DNA of 64,000 nucleotides from an uncultured Aeriscardovia sp. (GTDB lineage Bacteria; Actinomycetota; Actinomycetes; Actinomycetales; Bifidobacteriaceae). The notes below the pieces were generated by a model. It made no database searches and was not told the origin of the DNA. It was given only the letters and a program-made list of their open reading frames with translations. Positions 54,218 through 63,889 of this stretch are shown here, one piece after another. Each line of letters opens with the position of its first letter. The first letter of the stretch is position 1. The position numbers and the translations under genes are program-made. Where the stretch lies: contig CAIFES010000004.1 of NCBI GenBank assembly GCA_903789535.1, forward strand, positions 6,255 through 70,254, written 5' to 3'.

Positions 54218-55528
54218 TCAGTTGCCCGGGTGAGCCCGTGTGACCGCCGCATTGAGGACGCGGCGATTGGGCAGATAGACAAAGACGGCGAGCGGCAGCA
54301 CCAGCAGCTGGACGGCGAAGAACGCGTGCACCGGCAGCGTGTCGTCGATCAGTCCTCCCAGCATCGGTCCGAAGCTCATGGCCACATCCAGGCCGAGATA
54401 AAACGTGGCGTTGGCCAGCCCCTGCTCGCTTGCCGGGGCGAGCATCATCGCCGTCGCCTGGTTGATGGAATAAATGACGCCATAGCCCACGGCCATCGAC
54501 GCAGCGGACAGGCCCATCACGAAATTGTTCGGCATCCAGATATCGCACAGCAGATAGACCGTCGTGCCAGCCAGCGAGATCCAGAACCAGCGGCCATAGG
54601 GGACGGTATCAAACTCACGTTTGAAGACGAGACGGATGACGAGGAGGATGACGGCGTAGATGAGGAAATAGGCGCCGACCGCCACCGGCGCGTGCAGCTG
54701 CTCAGTATAGCGGACGATGTCAGCCTGGGTGATGAAGTACGGCAGGGCGAACAGCGTGGTGAGCACACCCACCGGCAGCGCATCCTTCTGGATGAGCGCG
54801 GGCAGATGATGCCTGCGGCGGGGCGCGGAACGAGACGTTCGGTCATCGGTGTCGCTATCGGTGTCAGCGCCGGAGGATTTTCCGGACGGCACAGTGACAT
54901 ACACAGTGGCATGCGCACTGGCACGCACAGGTCGGGCATGGTCGCCGACGAACTGGATGAGCACCACCATGATGGCCGCGCTGATCGGCGGCAGGATCAG
55001 GCTCGGACGATACCCAGCTGCATGGTAGAGATTGATGGAGATCGCCGGACCGAGCGACATCGCCAGCGCGTTCATCAGGCCATACAGGCCCATCGCCTCG
55101 CCCACATGCGTGCGCGGCACAAGAAAGGCGATCCACGTGCTCACGCACACGGTGCACAGCACATAGCCCAGGCCGTTAATCAGCCGGAACACGATCAGCA
55201 GGCCCGGCGTGTGCACGAGCGGGTAGCCAGCCGCCCCGATCACGAGCATCACCCCGCCGATGGTGGAAAGCAGGTACTTGGAATACCTGTCGGCCAGATG
55301 CCCGGTCACCGGTCGCAGGAACATGGCGACAAGGCTCATCATCCCGGCGATCACACCGGCAAGCTCATCGCTCGCCCCCAGACTCTGCGAGTAGCCGTTG
55401 ATGAGCGGGTTGACCGACATGGTGGAGAACATGAAGAAGAACGCCGCCGCCATGACGAGGATGACATCACGCGAGTAGATGCCCGATCCGGCGTTGCGCG
55501 GACGGGAATTGATACTCCCCCGCATCAT
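54218..55528 (-). CDS. MFS transporter
   Basis: About 12 hydrophobic segments, with a DRYSKYLL-type loop after TM2 (GHLADRYSKY). I prefer ATG 55528 after AAGAGG; the track start is GTG 55585. Confidence 0.8.
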   Translation of the reverse strand: MMRGSINSRPRNAGSGIYSRDVILVMAAAFFFMFSTMSVNPLINGYSQSLGASDELAGVIAGMMSLVAMFLRPVTGHLADRYSKYLLSTIGGVMLVIGAAGYPLVHTPGLLIVFRLINGLGYVLCTVCVSTWIAFLVPRTHVGEAMGLYGLMNALAMSLGPAISINLYHAAGYRPSLILPPISAAIMVVLIQFVGDHARPVRASAHATVYVTVPSGKSSGADTDSDTDDRTSRSAPRRRHHLPALIQKDALPVGVLTTLFALPYFITQADIVRYTEQLHAPVAVGAYFLIYAVILLVIRLVFKREFDTVPYGRWFWISLAGTTVYLLCDIWMPNNFVMGLSAASMAVGYGVIYSINQATAMMLAPASEQGLANATFYLGLDVAMSFGPMLGGLIDDTLPVHAFFAVQLLVLPLAVFVYLPNRRVLNAAVTRAHPGN

Positions 55529-55815
55529 TCGCCTCTTGTGCGCCTTCTGCACAGGATGTGCCGTGGTCCTCTGCACGGTCGCCACTGACCCATGCTTGCC
55601 GACGGGTGTGCCCGATAGTGCCCCAGATGCCGTCGCCGGTCATCCCCCTTCGTGTCGTGTGCAGGTCTGGGTGCGTTCCCCAAACGTCGTTCCAGACACA
55701 GAATGATAGGCAGACTCCCGATCTTATGGAGGCTGCGAAGGTCATGGATCGCCTGCGTCCTCAAAAGCCTCCCGAAGCCTGGAGTATCTGAGAGACAGAC
55801 GCGTCTGAAGATGGT

Positions 55816-57285
55816 TCACCGGAAATTATTCTCAGCAGCGCCCCCGCCGCTGGCAGGCATGGCTGCTCCTTGTGCTTCGGATTGGCCGTGTGCAACCGCC
55901 GGTGCCGAACCGGTCAGCCTCTTCATCAACGGACGAATGATATGCTGATCGGTCCACCTGGTCAGTGGCCGGACGATGAGACGCAGAATGAGCATGCTCA
56001 CGGCGAGCAGGACGATATACAGTACGGTGATCTGCAGCAGGGAGATGATCAGTTTCCTCCAGGGACCCTGCGGCTCAGGGGTCACAGCGAACAAAACGGA
56101 CCAGAGCCGCTGCTCCAGCATCGGCGAATTATGCAGGAGGTAGACACCGAACGTCGCTGGTGCGACGGTGAGAACAACATCATGCCATCGCGTCGTGCGT
56201 TGCGGTTTGTGTGACTGTGTGACACAGATGAACAACGAGGCGGCGGCGAGGATCTCAAGAATCTGGGTCGAATGCGGCTGCTCCCGGTTGAACAGCTCGA
56301 TCGACCAGCCCATCGGCCCCGCCACAGGATTAGGATTCCTCAGACCGTGCGTAAAGACGAGGGTCAGCCCTGCCGTGACGACAAATGTGAGGAGCACGCC
56401 CCACCAGCGGATACGCGGCATCGCCTGTGGATAGCGACGGATCAGCGCCCCGATGAGATAGACGCCGATCAGATACAGTGGCTCGGTCCAATACATGGAT
56501 CTGCCATTGAGGATCTGCCAGATGAAGACGACCCAGACCACGAGTCCTGTCAGCACGAATGCCTGATGCCGTGTGAGTGTGTCTAGAAGCCGGTTGATGA
56601 ACGGCACGAACAGCATCAGAACAAAGTAAGCGCTCACGAACCAGTACGCCTGGAAGGTGATCGGGAACACGGCCGTCAATATATCGCGGGGATGAATCTC
56701 GACCGGATGGTGCGTCAGAGCGGCGATCAGAAGAAATACGACATATGTGCCGACCGAATACACAGCGGTCTGCACCCACAGACGGATGAGCCGCGGCAGA
56801 GGATGGGACGTCGAGTAGGCGAGAAAATACGCGGAAATCAGGACGAAGAGAACGACACCGACCTGTCCTGCCCACAGGCCCAGCGCGTTGACGGCGTTTC
56901 CCCAACTGCCGCGCAAGGCAGGATCCGTGCGCACCTGCCAATTGTTGAAACCATAATAATGCGAGGCGAGGATGAGGAACATCGCGACGATGCGGAGAAA
57001 CTCGTATCTCCAGTCGCGCCGGTCCTGACCATGCGCAGGGCGAATGTGCCGTCCCTGCGCGCGTGTCGGCCGCCGATACGCCCCGGCAGCTCGGGGATAT
57101 GTATCTACCGCGCGAACAGGCGCATGGCCGCCTCCTACAGACGGGGAGGAGGCGTTGACGACAACGTTGTCTTTCTCGTGGACGCTGTCGTCTCCCCTAT
57201 CGCAGGATGGCTGGGGGGGGGTGCCTAAATGGGAAGCTTCCTGTGAGACGATCTTCCGCCGTGACTGCCGAAACACATATTCCAT
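55816..57285 (-). CDS. Acyltransferase family 3 membrane protein (O-acyltransferase-like) with a 95-aa N-terminal extension
   Basis: RRDWRYEFLRIVAMFLILASHYY is an acyltransferase_3 opening motif, followed by about 10 TM segments. The only in-frame start codons upstream of that motif are ATG 57285 and GTG 57276. Confidence 0.75.
   Translation of the reverse strand: MEYVFRQSRRKIVSQEASHLGTPPQPSCDRGDDSVHEKDNVVVNASSPSVGGGHAPVRAVDTYPRAAGAYRRPTRAQGRHIRPAHGQDRRDWRYEFLRIVAMFLILASHYYGFNNWQVRTDPALRGSWGNAVNALGLWAGQVGVVLFVLISAYFLAYSTSHPLPRLIRLWVQTAVYSVGTYVVFLLIAALTHHPVEIHPRDILTAVFPITFQAYWFVSAYFVLMLFVPFINRLLDTLTRHQAFVLTGLVVWVVFIWQILNGRSMYWTEPLYLIGVYLIGALIRRYPQAMPRIRWWGVLLTFVVTAGLTLVFTHGLRNPNPVAGPMGWSIELFNREQPHSTQILEILAAASLFICVTQSHKPQRTTRWHDVVLTVAPATFGVYLLHNSPMLEQRLWSVLFAVTPEPQGPWRKLIISLLQITVLYIVLLAVSMLILRLIVRPLTRWTDQHIIRPLMKRLTGSAPAVAHGQSEAQGAAMPASGGGAAENNFR
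57213..57221 (-). repeat. Homopolymeric C9 tract (G9 on the plus strand) inside the acyltransferase 5' coding region
   Basis: Plus strand CTGGGGGGGGGTGCC. On the coding strand GGC ACC CCC CCC CAG encodes GTPPQ at codons 21-25. It is the longest homopolymer I saw in the window. Confidence 0.9.
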
Positions 57286-57366
57286 GAAGGGGACTCGCTC
57301 TGCTGGAAGAATGGATCTGTCGGCATGCCATATTCAGGCAATGCCGATGCGAGTCTCAGGTTATTC

Positions 57367-59853
57367 TCAGGCATCGATCTGCGAGCGGTCGAAGGTGTCC
57401 GCGTTGTCGACGATGAACTCCTTGCGCGGGGGCACCTGGTCGCCCATGAGCAGGCGGAAGATCCCGTCGGCCTGCGCGGCGTCCTGCATGGTGATACGGC
57501 GCAGCAGACGCGTTCGCGGGTCCATCGTGGTGACGGCCAGCTGGTCGGCGTCCATCTCGCCCAGACCCTTGTACCGCTGGATATCCGGGTCATAGGCGAT
57601 GCCCTGACGGTCGAGATCCTTGAGCTTGCCGCCCAGCTCCTCCTCCGAGTAGGTGTAGGCGAACTCGCCCTTGTGCCGGCCGGCCAGCGCGATACGGTGC
57701 AGCGGCGGCACGGCAGCATACACATGGCCCTGTGCGATCATCGGGCGCATATAGCGGTAGAAAAGCGTGAGCAGCAGGATGCGGATGTGCGCGCCGTCCA
57801 CATCGGCATCGGTCATCATGATGATCTTGTCGTAGCGCGCCTGGGAGATGTCGAAATCCTTGCCGCTGCCGGCGCCGACCACCTGGATGATAGCCGAGCA
57901 TTCGGCATTGTTGAGCATCTGGTTGAGCGAGGCCTTCTCCACGTTGAGAATCTTGCCGCGGATAGGCAGCAGCGCCTGAAAGGTGGAGTTGCGGGCGGCT
58001 TTCGCGGTGCCGAGCGCGGAATCGCCCTCGACGATGAACAGCTCGGCAATGTCGTCGTTGCCCGACAGGCAGTCGGAGAGCTTGGCGGGCATGGAGGCGG
58101 ACTCCAGCGCGTTCTTGCGGCGCGTCGCCTCCTTGGCGCGATGCGCCTGCAGACGTGCGCGCATCTCCCCCACCACCTTGTCGAGGATGGCGGCGGCCAC
58201 CTGCTTCGTGCCGCGCTTGCGGCCGTTGATCATGTCGCCGAACTGCTTGGAGGTGATACGGCTGACGATCGGCTTGACCTGCGCGGTACCGAGCACGTCC
58301 TTCGTCTGGCCCTGGAACTGCGGCTCGGCGATGCGCACCGTCACCACGGCCACAAGACCGGTGGTCACATCGTCGCGCTCGATCTTCTGCTTAGGGTCCT
58401 TGAGACTGAATTTGAGCTTGCGGGCGTTCGACTCGACGGCCTTGCGCATCTCACGGGTCAGGGCGTTGAGGAAGCCGTCCACATGCATGCCGCCGCCCGG
58501 CGTCTCCACCACGTTGACATAGGAGCGGATGGTGGTGTCATAGTCGTTCGTCCAGCGCAGGGCGATATCGACATCGCACGTGCGATGCACGACGGTCGCG
58601 CGCAAGTCGCCGTCGGCCTCGACCTGCTGCGTCTCCTCGTCGTAGCCACCCGTGCCGGTGATGTGCCAGATGTCGCTGACCGGCTCGCCGGTGGAGAGGT
58701 AGTCGACGAAATCGACCACACCGCCGTCGTGACGGAACGTCTGTAGGCGCGGTTTTGCCGCGAGTTCGTCCTCCTCGGCTCGCTCGACCTTCTGGCGTGT
58801 GCGCTGCCCGGCGATGCCCGTCTGGGAGAGCATGTCACCGACCGTGTCGAGACCATCCGCGCCAGTGGCATCATCTGCTGATGTATTCGTCTCGTCGGCG
58901 CCTGACATCACGGCAACGACGTTGTCTGCATCACCCTTGCCGGCGTCAGCACCCTCAGCATCGCCCATGGCGGTATCGCCGGCAGTACCGGTGAGATCGG
59001 TGTCATCGGCATCGTCGTGGGAACCAGGCGCGGCTTCTCCACCGATCTTTGAGGAGGGAGTCTCCTGCGCCACGCCGGCGATGAAGGTCGCACCGGAAGG
59101 CCTGCCCGTCGTCTCATCGGCTTTGCCGTATTCGTTGATGACCTCGATGGTCAGTCCCGGCACGAGGAACGACGTCTGGCGCACGCGATCGATGAGCATA
59201 TCATAGTCGAAATGCGCGGTGGCGTTGAAGATCTCCGGATCAAGCCAGTAACGGATGCGCGTGCCGGTCGTCTTCCTGCCCACCTTGCCGACGATGCGCA
59301 GCTGTGTGGGCCGGCCTTTGCGTGTCTTCTTGAATGGTGAGGACGGCGAGGGATGCTTCGGATCCGGGTCGGTGAACACGCCCGGATGGCCCTGACGGAA
59401 CTCCATCCGATGCGTCTTGCCATCGCGGTCGACCTCCACGTCGAGCCGGGAGCTGAGCGCATTGACGACGGAGGATCCCACGCCGTGCAGTCCGCCGGTC
59501 TTGTTGTAGCTGGACTCGCCGAACTTCGCACCGGCATGCAGCTTGGTGAGCACCACCTCCACACCGGAGAGTCCTGTGCGCGGCTCGGTGTCCACAGGGA
59601 TACCGCGACCGTTGTCATCCACCTCCACCGAGCCGTCGGTGTGCAGGGTGACGGTGATATGGTCGCACACGCCTGCCAGCGCCTCATCGACGGAGTTGTC
59701 GATGATCTCCCACAGGCAGTGCATCAACCCGAGCGTGTCGGTCGTCCCGATGTACATGCCGGGCCTCTTGCGCACCGCGTCGAGACCTTCGAGGACGGCG
59801 AGATCACTGGCGGTATAGCCGTCGGACGGGGTGGTGTTCTGTGTGCGGGCCAT
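57367..59853 (-). CDS. parE: Type IIA topoisomerase subunit B (ParE/GyrB paralog) with a large acidic insertion
   Basis: LEGLDAVRKRPGMYIG, GGLHGVG, EGDSA, PIRGKILNVE and DADVDGAHI motifs. ATG 59853 follows GAAAGGGA. Confidence 0.85.
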   Translation of the reverse strand: MARTQNTTPSDGYTASDLAVLEGLDAVRKRPGMYIGTTDTLGLMHCLWEIIDNSVDEALAGVCDHITVTLHTDGSVEVDDNGRGIPVDTEPRTGLSGVEVVLTKLHAGAKFGESSYNKTGGLHGVGSSVVNALSSRLDVEVDRDGKTHRMEFRQGHPGVFTDPDPKHPSPSSPFKKTRKGRPTQLRIVGKVGRKTTGTRIRYWLDPEIFNATAHFDYDMLIDRVRQTSFLVPGLTIEVINEYGKADETTGRPSGATFIAGVAQETPSSKIGGEAAPGSHDDADDTDLTGTAGDTAMGDAEGADAGKGDADNVVAVMSGADETNTSADDATGADGLDTVGDMLSQTGIAGQRTRQKVERAEEDELAAKPRLQTFRHDGGVVDFVDYLSTGEPVSDIWHITGTGGYDEETQQVEADGDLRATVVHRTCDVDIALRWTNDYDTTIRSYVNVVETPGGGMHVDGFLNALTREMRKAVESNARKLKFSLKDPKQKIERDDVTTGLVAVVTVRIAEPQFQGQTKDVLGTAQVKPIVSRITSKQFGDMINGRKRGTKQVAAAILDKVVGEMRARLQAHRAKEATRRKNALESASMPAKLSDCLSGNDDIAELFIVEGDSALGTAKAARNSTFQALLPIRGKILNVEKASLNQMLNNAECSAIIQVVGAGSGKDFDISQARYDKIIMMTDADVDGAHIRILLLTLFYRYMRPMIAQGHVYAAVPPLHRIALAGRHKGEFAYTYSEEELGGKLKDLDRQGIAYDPDIQRYKGLGEMDADQLAVTTMDPRTRLLRRITMQDAAQADGIFRLLMGDQVPPRKEFIVDNADTFDRSQIDA

Positions 59854-59989
59854 ATGTCCCTTTCTGCTGGCAAAGGTGATCAAAGCATCGGCCTACCGAC
59901 GTCACAGCCGACGCCGCACAGCAAAACGGCCCTCTCCTACAAGGAGGGAGGGCCGAAGCCGACAGGTCGGTTGGATGCGCCGGGGTGTC

Positions 59990-61462
59990 TCAGTCGTCGA
60001 GGAAGTCCTTCAGCGACGTGGCACGCGACGGGTTGCGCAGCTTGGCCATGGTCTTGGACTCGATCTGACGGATGCGCTCACGGGTGACGCCGTAGACACG
60101 GCCGATGTCATCGAGGGTCTTCGGCTGGCCGTCCTCAAGACCGTAGCGCATCTTGATGACCCCGGCCTCGCGCGGCGAGAGGGTCTCGAGCACTTGGCGC
60201 AGCTGCTGCTGCAGCAGCGAGAAGCTGACGGCATCCTGCGGGGCGATCGCGTCGGTGTCCTCGATGAGGTCGCCGAACTCCGAATCACCGTCCTCGCCGA
60301 GCGGGGTGTGCAGACTGATCGGTTCACGACCGTATTTCTGCACCTCCTCGACCTTCTCCACCGGCATGTCGAGCTCACGGGCGAGCTCCTCGGGTGTGGG
60401 GTCGCGGCCGAGATCCTGCAGCAGCTGGCGCTGGACGCGCGAGAGCTTGTTGATGACCTCCACCATGTGCACAGGCACACGGATGGTGCGCGCCTGATCC
60501 GCCATGGCACGGGTGATCGCCTGACGGATCCACCAGGTGGCATACGTCGAGAACTTGAAGCCCTTCTTCCAGTCGAACTTCTCGACGGCACGGATGAGGC
60601 CGAGGTTGCCCTCCTGGATCAGGTCGAGGAAGAGCATGCCACGGCCGGTGTAGCGCTTGGCGAGCGAGACGACGAGACGCAGGTTCGCCTCGAGCAGGTG
60701 ATCCTTCGCCTTGCGCCCATCGGCGGCAGCCCACTTGAGCTGGCGGCGACGATGGAAGCTCATGCCTTCCGACTCGTTGTCCAGCAGGTACTGCGCGTAC
60801 AGGCCCGCCTCGATGCGCTCGGAGAGGTCGACCTCCTGCTGGGCGTTGAGCAGCGGCACACGACCGATCTGCTTGAGATAGTCCTTGACCGGATCAGTGG
60901 TGGCGCCGGTGGCGATCACACGCCTCTTCGGGTTGCCCGAAGGCGTCAGGTCATCGTTGTCATCGCTGTCCTGCAGCGTGAAGACGCCCTGCAGCTCCTC
61001 AGAGGCCTTCTTCGCCTCACGGCGCTTGCGGAACGCTTCCTGGGTGAAATGCTCGGCGATGGTGTGCCCCTGCACGGTGCTCTCGCTGCTCGCGCTCGTC
61101 AGCGGCGACTGAGCGTGCACGGACTCATGGATGGTGACGTCCGGAGCGATCGGCTGCGAGATGCCCGACATCTTCTTCGCCTCGAGCGTGAGTCGCGAAG
61201 AAGACTGCGAGGAATCCGTTTTGGCGGTCTTGACTGTGGTCTTAGCAGAGGCTGTCTTTTTCGAGGGCTTCTTGGCGGTCGCAGCCGCGGTTGTTGTCTT
61301 TTTCGCGGTCTTTGCCGAGGCGGCCTTCTTTGCGGCCTGTGCGGGCACGGTCTTCTTTCCCGTGGTCTTCACCTCTGTCGTCTTCGTTGTACGCGTTTTC
61401 TTGACTTTGCCGGCCTGTTCCGTTTTGTCGGTCCGTGTCTGAGCAGCCGCTTTCGTCGTCAC
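59990..61462 (-). CDS. sigA: Principal RNA polymerase sigma factor
   Basis: [27 protein letters not shown] (region 2.4/3.0) and [19 protein letters not shown] (region 4.2). The N-terminus is Lys/Thr/Ala-rich. I prefer GTG 61462 after GGGAGGA. Confidence 0.9.
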   Translation of the reverse strand: MTTKAAAQTRTDKTEQAGKVKKTRTTKTTEVKTTGKKTVPAQAAKKAASAKTAKKTTTAAATAKKPSKKTASAKTTVKTAKTDSSQSSSRLTLEAKKMSGISQPIAPDVTIHESVHAQSPLTSASSESTVQGHTIAEHFTQEAFRKRREAKKASEELQGVFTLQDSDDNDDLTPSGNPKRRVIATGATTDPVKDYLKQIGRVPLLNAQQEVDLSERIEAGLYAQYLLDNESEGMSFHRRRQLKWAAADGRKAKDHLLEANLRLVVSLAKRYTGRGMLFLDLIQEGNLGLIRAVEKFDWKKGFKFSTYATWWIRQAITRAMADQARTIRVPVHMVEVINKLSRVQRQLLQDLGRDPTPEELARELDMPVEKVEEVQKYGREPISLHTPLGEDGDSEFGDLIEDTDAIAPQDAVSFSLLQQQLRQVLETLSPREAGVIKMRYGLEDGQPKTLDDIGRVYGVTRERIRQIESKTMAKLRNPSRATSLKDFLDD

Positions 61463-61553
61463 GTGTCCTCCCTGAAAACCACAAACGGGTGATGAGCATA
61501 CTTCGGCCAAAGGCAAGTGTCTGACCACTTTCCTCAACAAGCAGGAGAATATT

Positions 61554-62249
61554 TTATTCCGCAGCCTCCACCTTTTGAAGCGAAGAATGCGTCAGATCGT
61601 TCTCCTGCTGCGGATAGACGTCCGCGTCGACCGCCGTCGCCACCAGCCGTGCAAGCCCGTTGTCCGGTCTGTCGGCCAGACACAGCGCACAGGCGCCAAG
61701 CGCCTGGTCGGGCAGATGTCTCCACCACAGCAGCATGGCAAGCATGGCAAGCGGCTGTGCACGGGCCTGCGTCGGCAGAAGACCCTGCAGACGGATGAGC
61801 GCGTCACATGCGGGTATCAGATGACGGGGCGGGCGATAATCGGCGTCGCGCAGACCGCGGCCGAACGTGTCGCAGACATCCGTGCGAGCCTGATCGCCCA
61901 GCGGGTCGACCGCGAGACGCAACAGGCGCCACGGCGGCAGATCCGTCACAGCGGTGAGCAGGAAAGCGTCCCGGACCGCAAGATCCCTGTCGAGCACCAC
62001 AGCCGTCCTCGCGACCAGCCGACGTTGTGACAGCGGCCGGTCTGGATGCTGATGTTCTGCCGGTTGCTGCCGACCTCCTCCACGCATCTGATCGATGACC
62101 GTCTGCTCCTTTTCGCCACGAACGGCGGAGATCCATCCGGCAAGAATCGGGACGCAGATACGCTCCGGTGCGGTGCGCGGATCCTTGCCACGCAGCTTGT
62201 CGATCCTCTCCGCCTCTGCGGCCAGTTCCTCCGTCGTGAGCTGTTCCAT
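61554..62249 (-). CDS. DUF4192-like protein, apparently only the C-terminal part of the family
   Basis: [40 protein letters not shown] resembles the DUF4192 C-terminal region as I remember it. It sits in the typical position next to sigA. Confidence 0.45.
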   Translation of the reverse strand: MEQLTTEELAAEAERIDKLRGKDPRTAPERICVPILAGWISAVRGEKEQTVIDQMRGGGRQQPAEHQHPDRPLSQRRLVARTAVVLDRDLAVRDAFLLTAVTDLPPWRLLRLAVDPLGDQARTDVCDTFGRGLRDADYRPPRHLIPACDALIRLQGLLPTQARAQPLAMLAMLLWWRHLPDQALGACALCLADRPDNGLARLVATAVDADVYPQQENDLTHSSLQKVEAAE

Positions 62250-62572
62250 CGCCTTTCCCCTTTCCGATCACTGTCCTTCTTGTCCGTCCGTGCTGCCGTT
62301 GTTCTCACCGCCGCTCATCCGGCGACGGCCTGTTTATATGGCCTTGCTTGTCGTGAGGTGCCGGTCCTGTTCTTCCCAGCCCTGTCGGACGGACACCAGT
62401 CCGCCTGTGCGGGCCGGATAGTTCAAGCCTGTTACCGCGTGAGGCATGCGGACAGCCTTCTGCCGGATTGTGGAAAACTGGCAGAGTGCCGGGATATCGA
62501 TTCCCACGCGTGCGGTCTGATTTTGTTTCTTTCCGTAGGTGATTGGTGGATGGTCAACGTAGGCTCGCATGT

Positions 62573-63817
62573 ATGAACGACGCGAATGCGGGACAAAACA
62601 CACTGACTGGCAGACGATCTGACGAAGGCCGGCTCCCCGGTCGTCAGGGCCATGGTCCCGGAGATGGCGTTGCCGGCAACAGGCATCTGGAACAGGACAG
62701 GGCGCTGGTCGAGAACCGGCTTGACGCACTGCTGCGCGACCTGTCCTATCCTGATCCACCGAAGGTGTCCAGCGCTCCGCTGATGGACGATGTCGCCGCC
62801 CAGGCACGTATCAGCGATCATGGTGGAAAGCGTCTGCGCGCATTGCTGCTGCTTGCCTGCTGGCGTGTGGCGGCAGGACGGGCGGGAACACCGGCCGCCC
62901 GCGAAGAGGCCGTGCGGGACCTTGCCTGCAGCATCGAGATTTTCCAAACGGGCGCACTCGTGCATGACGACATCATGGATGATGCCGACGAGCGTCGCGG
63001 ACGGCCTTCCGCGCATCGCGCTCTGGCGGACGCCGTCCGCCGCTTCGGCCCTGACGAGCTGGATAGAAAGGCGTGGCAGCAGAGCGGCATCGGGTTGGGC
63101 ATCATGCTCGGCGACCTGTTTGCCACCGTCAGTCTGCGTGTCGCCGTGCGCGCACTGCGCGGTGACGGGACGGAGAACCTGCTCGATCCCGTGCTCTCGC
63201 GGCTGCTAACCATGCAGCAGGATGTGGAGATCGGACAGGTGCTCGACGAGGCGGACTCGCTCATCCGTCTGGATGATCCGGACTCGCTGGTGCGCAACTG
63301 TGAGGCAGTCTATTTGCGCAAGACGGCAAGCTACACATCCGTGGCACCCATCGCCATCGGGCTGATCTGCGCGGGGATGGATCCGGCACAGGCCGATGAC
63401 TGGTCCCGTCGTATCGGCGAGCCGCTCGGCCTCGGTTTCCAGATCAGCGACGACCTCAAGGATGTGGTGCCCTCGGCGGTGCCGACCGGCAAACCGCTGT
63501 ACGGCGACCTGCGCGAGGGCAAGCGCACGATGCTGTTCGCCGACGCGCTGCGTCTGCTCGACGGCGATGACCGCGACAGGCTCATCCGGCTTTACCGCCG
63601 CCCCGCGCGCGACGAGAAGGATGTGGGGACGATCCGTCGTCTGCTCGTAGGCAGTGGCGCGGTCGACGCCTCGTTCCGCCGGCTCGATGATCTGCGCGGA
63701 CGTGTGGGCCGGGAATCTTCGCTTTTACTTAACAGGCTCGGGCGCCCGGATGCCACAGAATTGCCTGCCCTGCTGGACGAATTTTTCGTCCGCGGGACGG
63801 CGACGCGCCTGGACTGA
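62573..63817 (+). CDS. Polyprenyl diphosphate synthase (trans-isoprenyl, GGPP synthase-like)
   Basis: FARM LVHDDIMDDADERRG and SARM FQISDDLKD motifs. The start is uncertain (ATG 62573, or TTG 62543 / GTG 62546). Confidence 0.85.
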   Translation: MNDANAGQNTLTGRRSDEGRLPGRQGHGPGDGVAGNRHLEQDRALVENRLDALLRDLSYPDPPKVSSAPLMDDVAAQARISDHGGKRLRALLLLACWRVAAGRAGTPAAREEAVRDLACSIEIFQTGALVHDDIMDDADERRGRPSAHRALADAVRRFGPDELDRKAWQQSGIGLGIMLGDLFATVSLRVAVRALRGDGTENLLDPVLSRLLTMQQDVEIGQVLDEADSLIRLDDPDSLVRNCEAVYLRKTASYTSVAPIAIGLICAGMDPAQADDWSRRIGEPLGLGFQISDDLKDVVPSAVPTGKPLYGDLREGKRTMLFADALRLLDGDDRDRLIRLYRRPARDEKDVGTIRRLLVGSGAVDASFRRLDDLRGRVGRESSLLLNRLGRPDATELPALLDEFFVRGTATRLD

Positions 63818-63889
63818 GGGCTCGTGCCCAACGACCGGGTTTCTCCTCCGACGGAAGGCTATTTAGGACGAGCGCTTTAGTATACGGGT

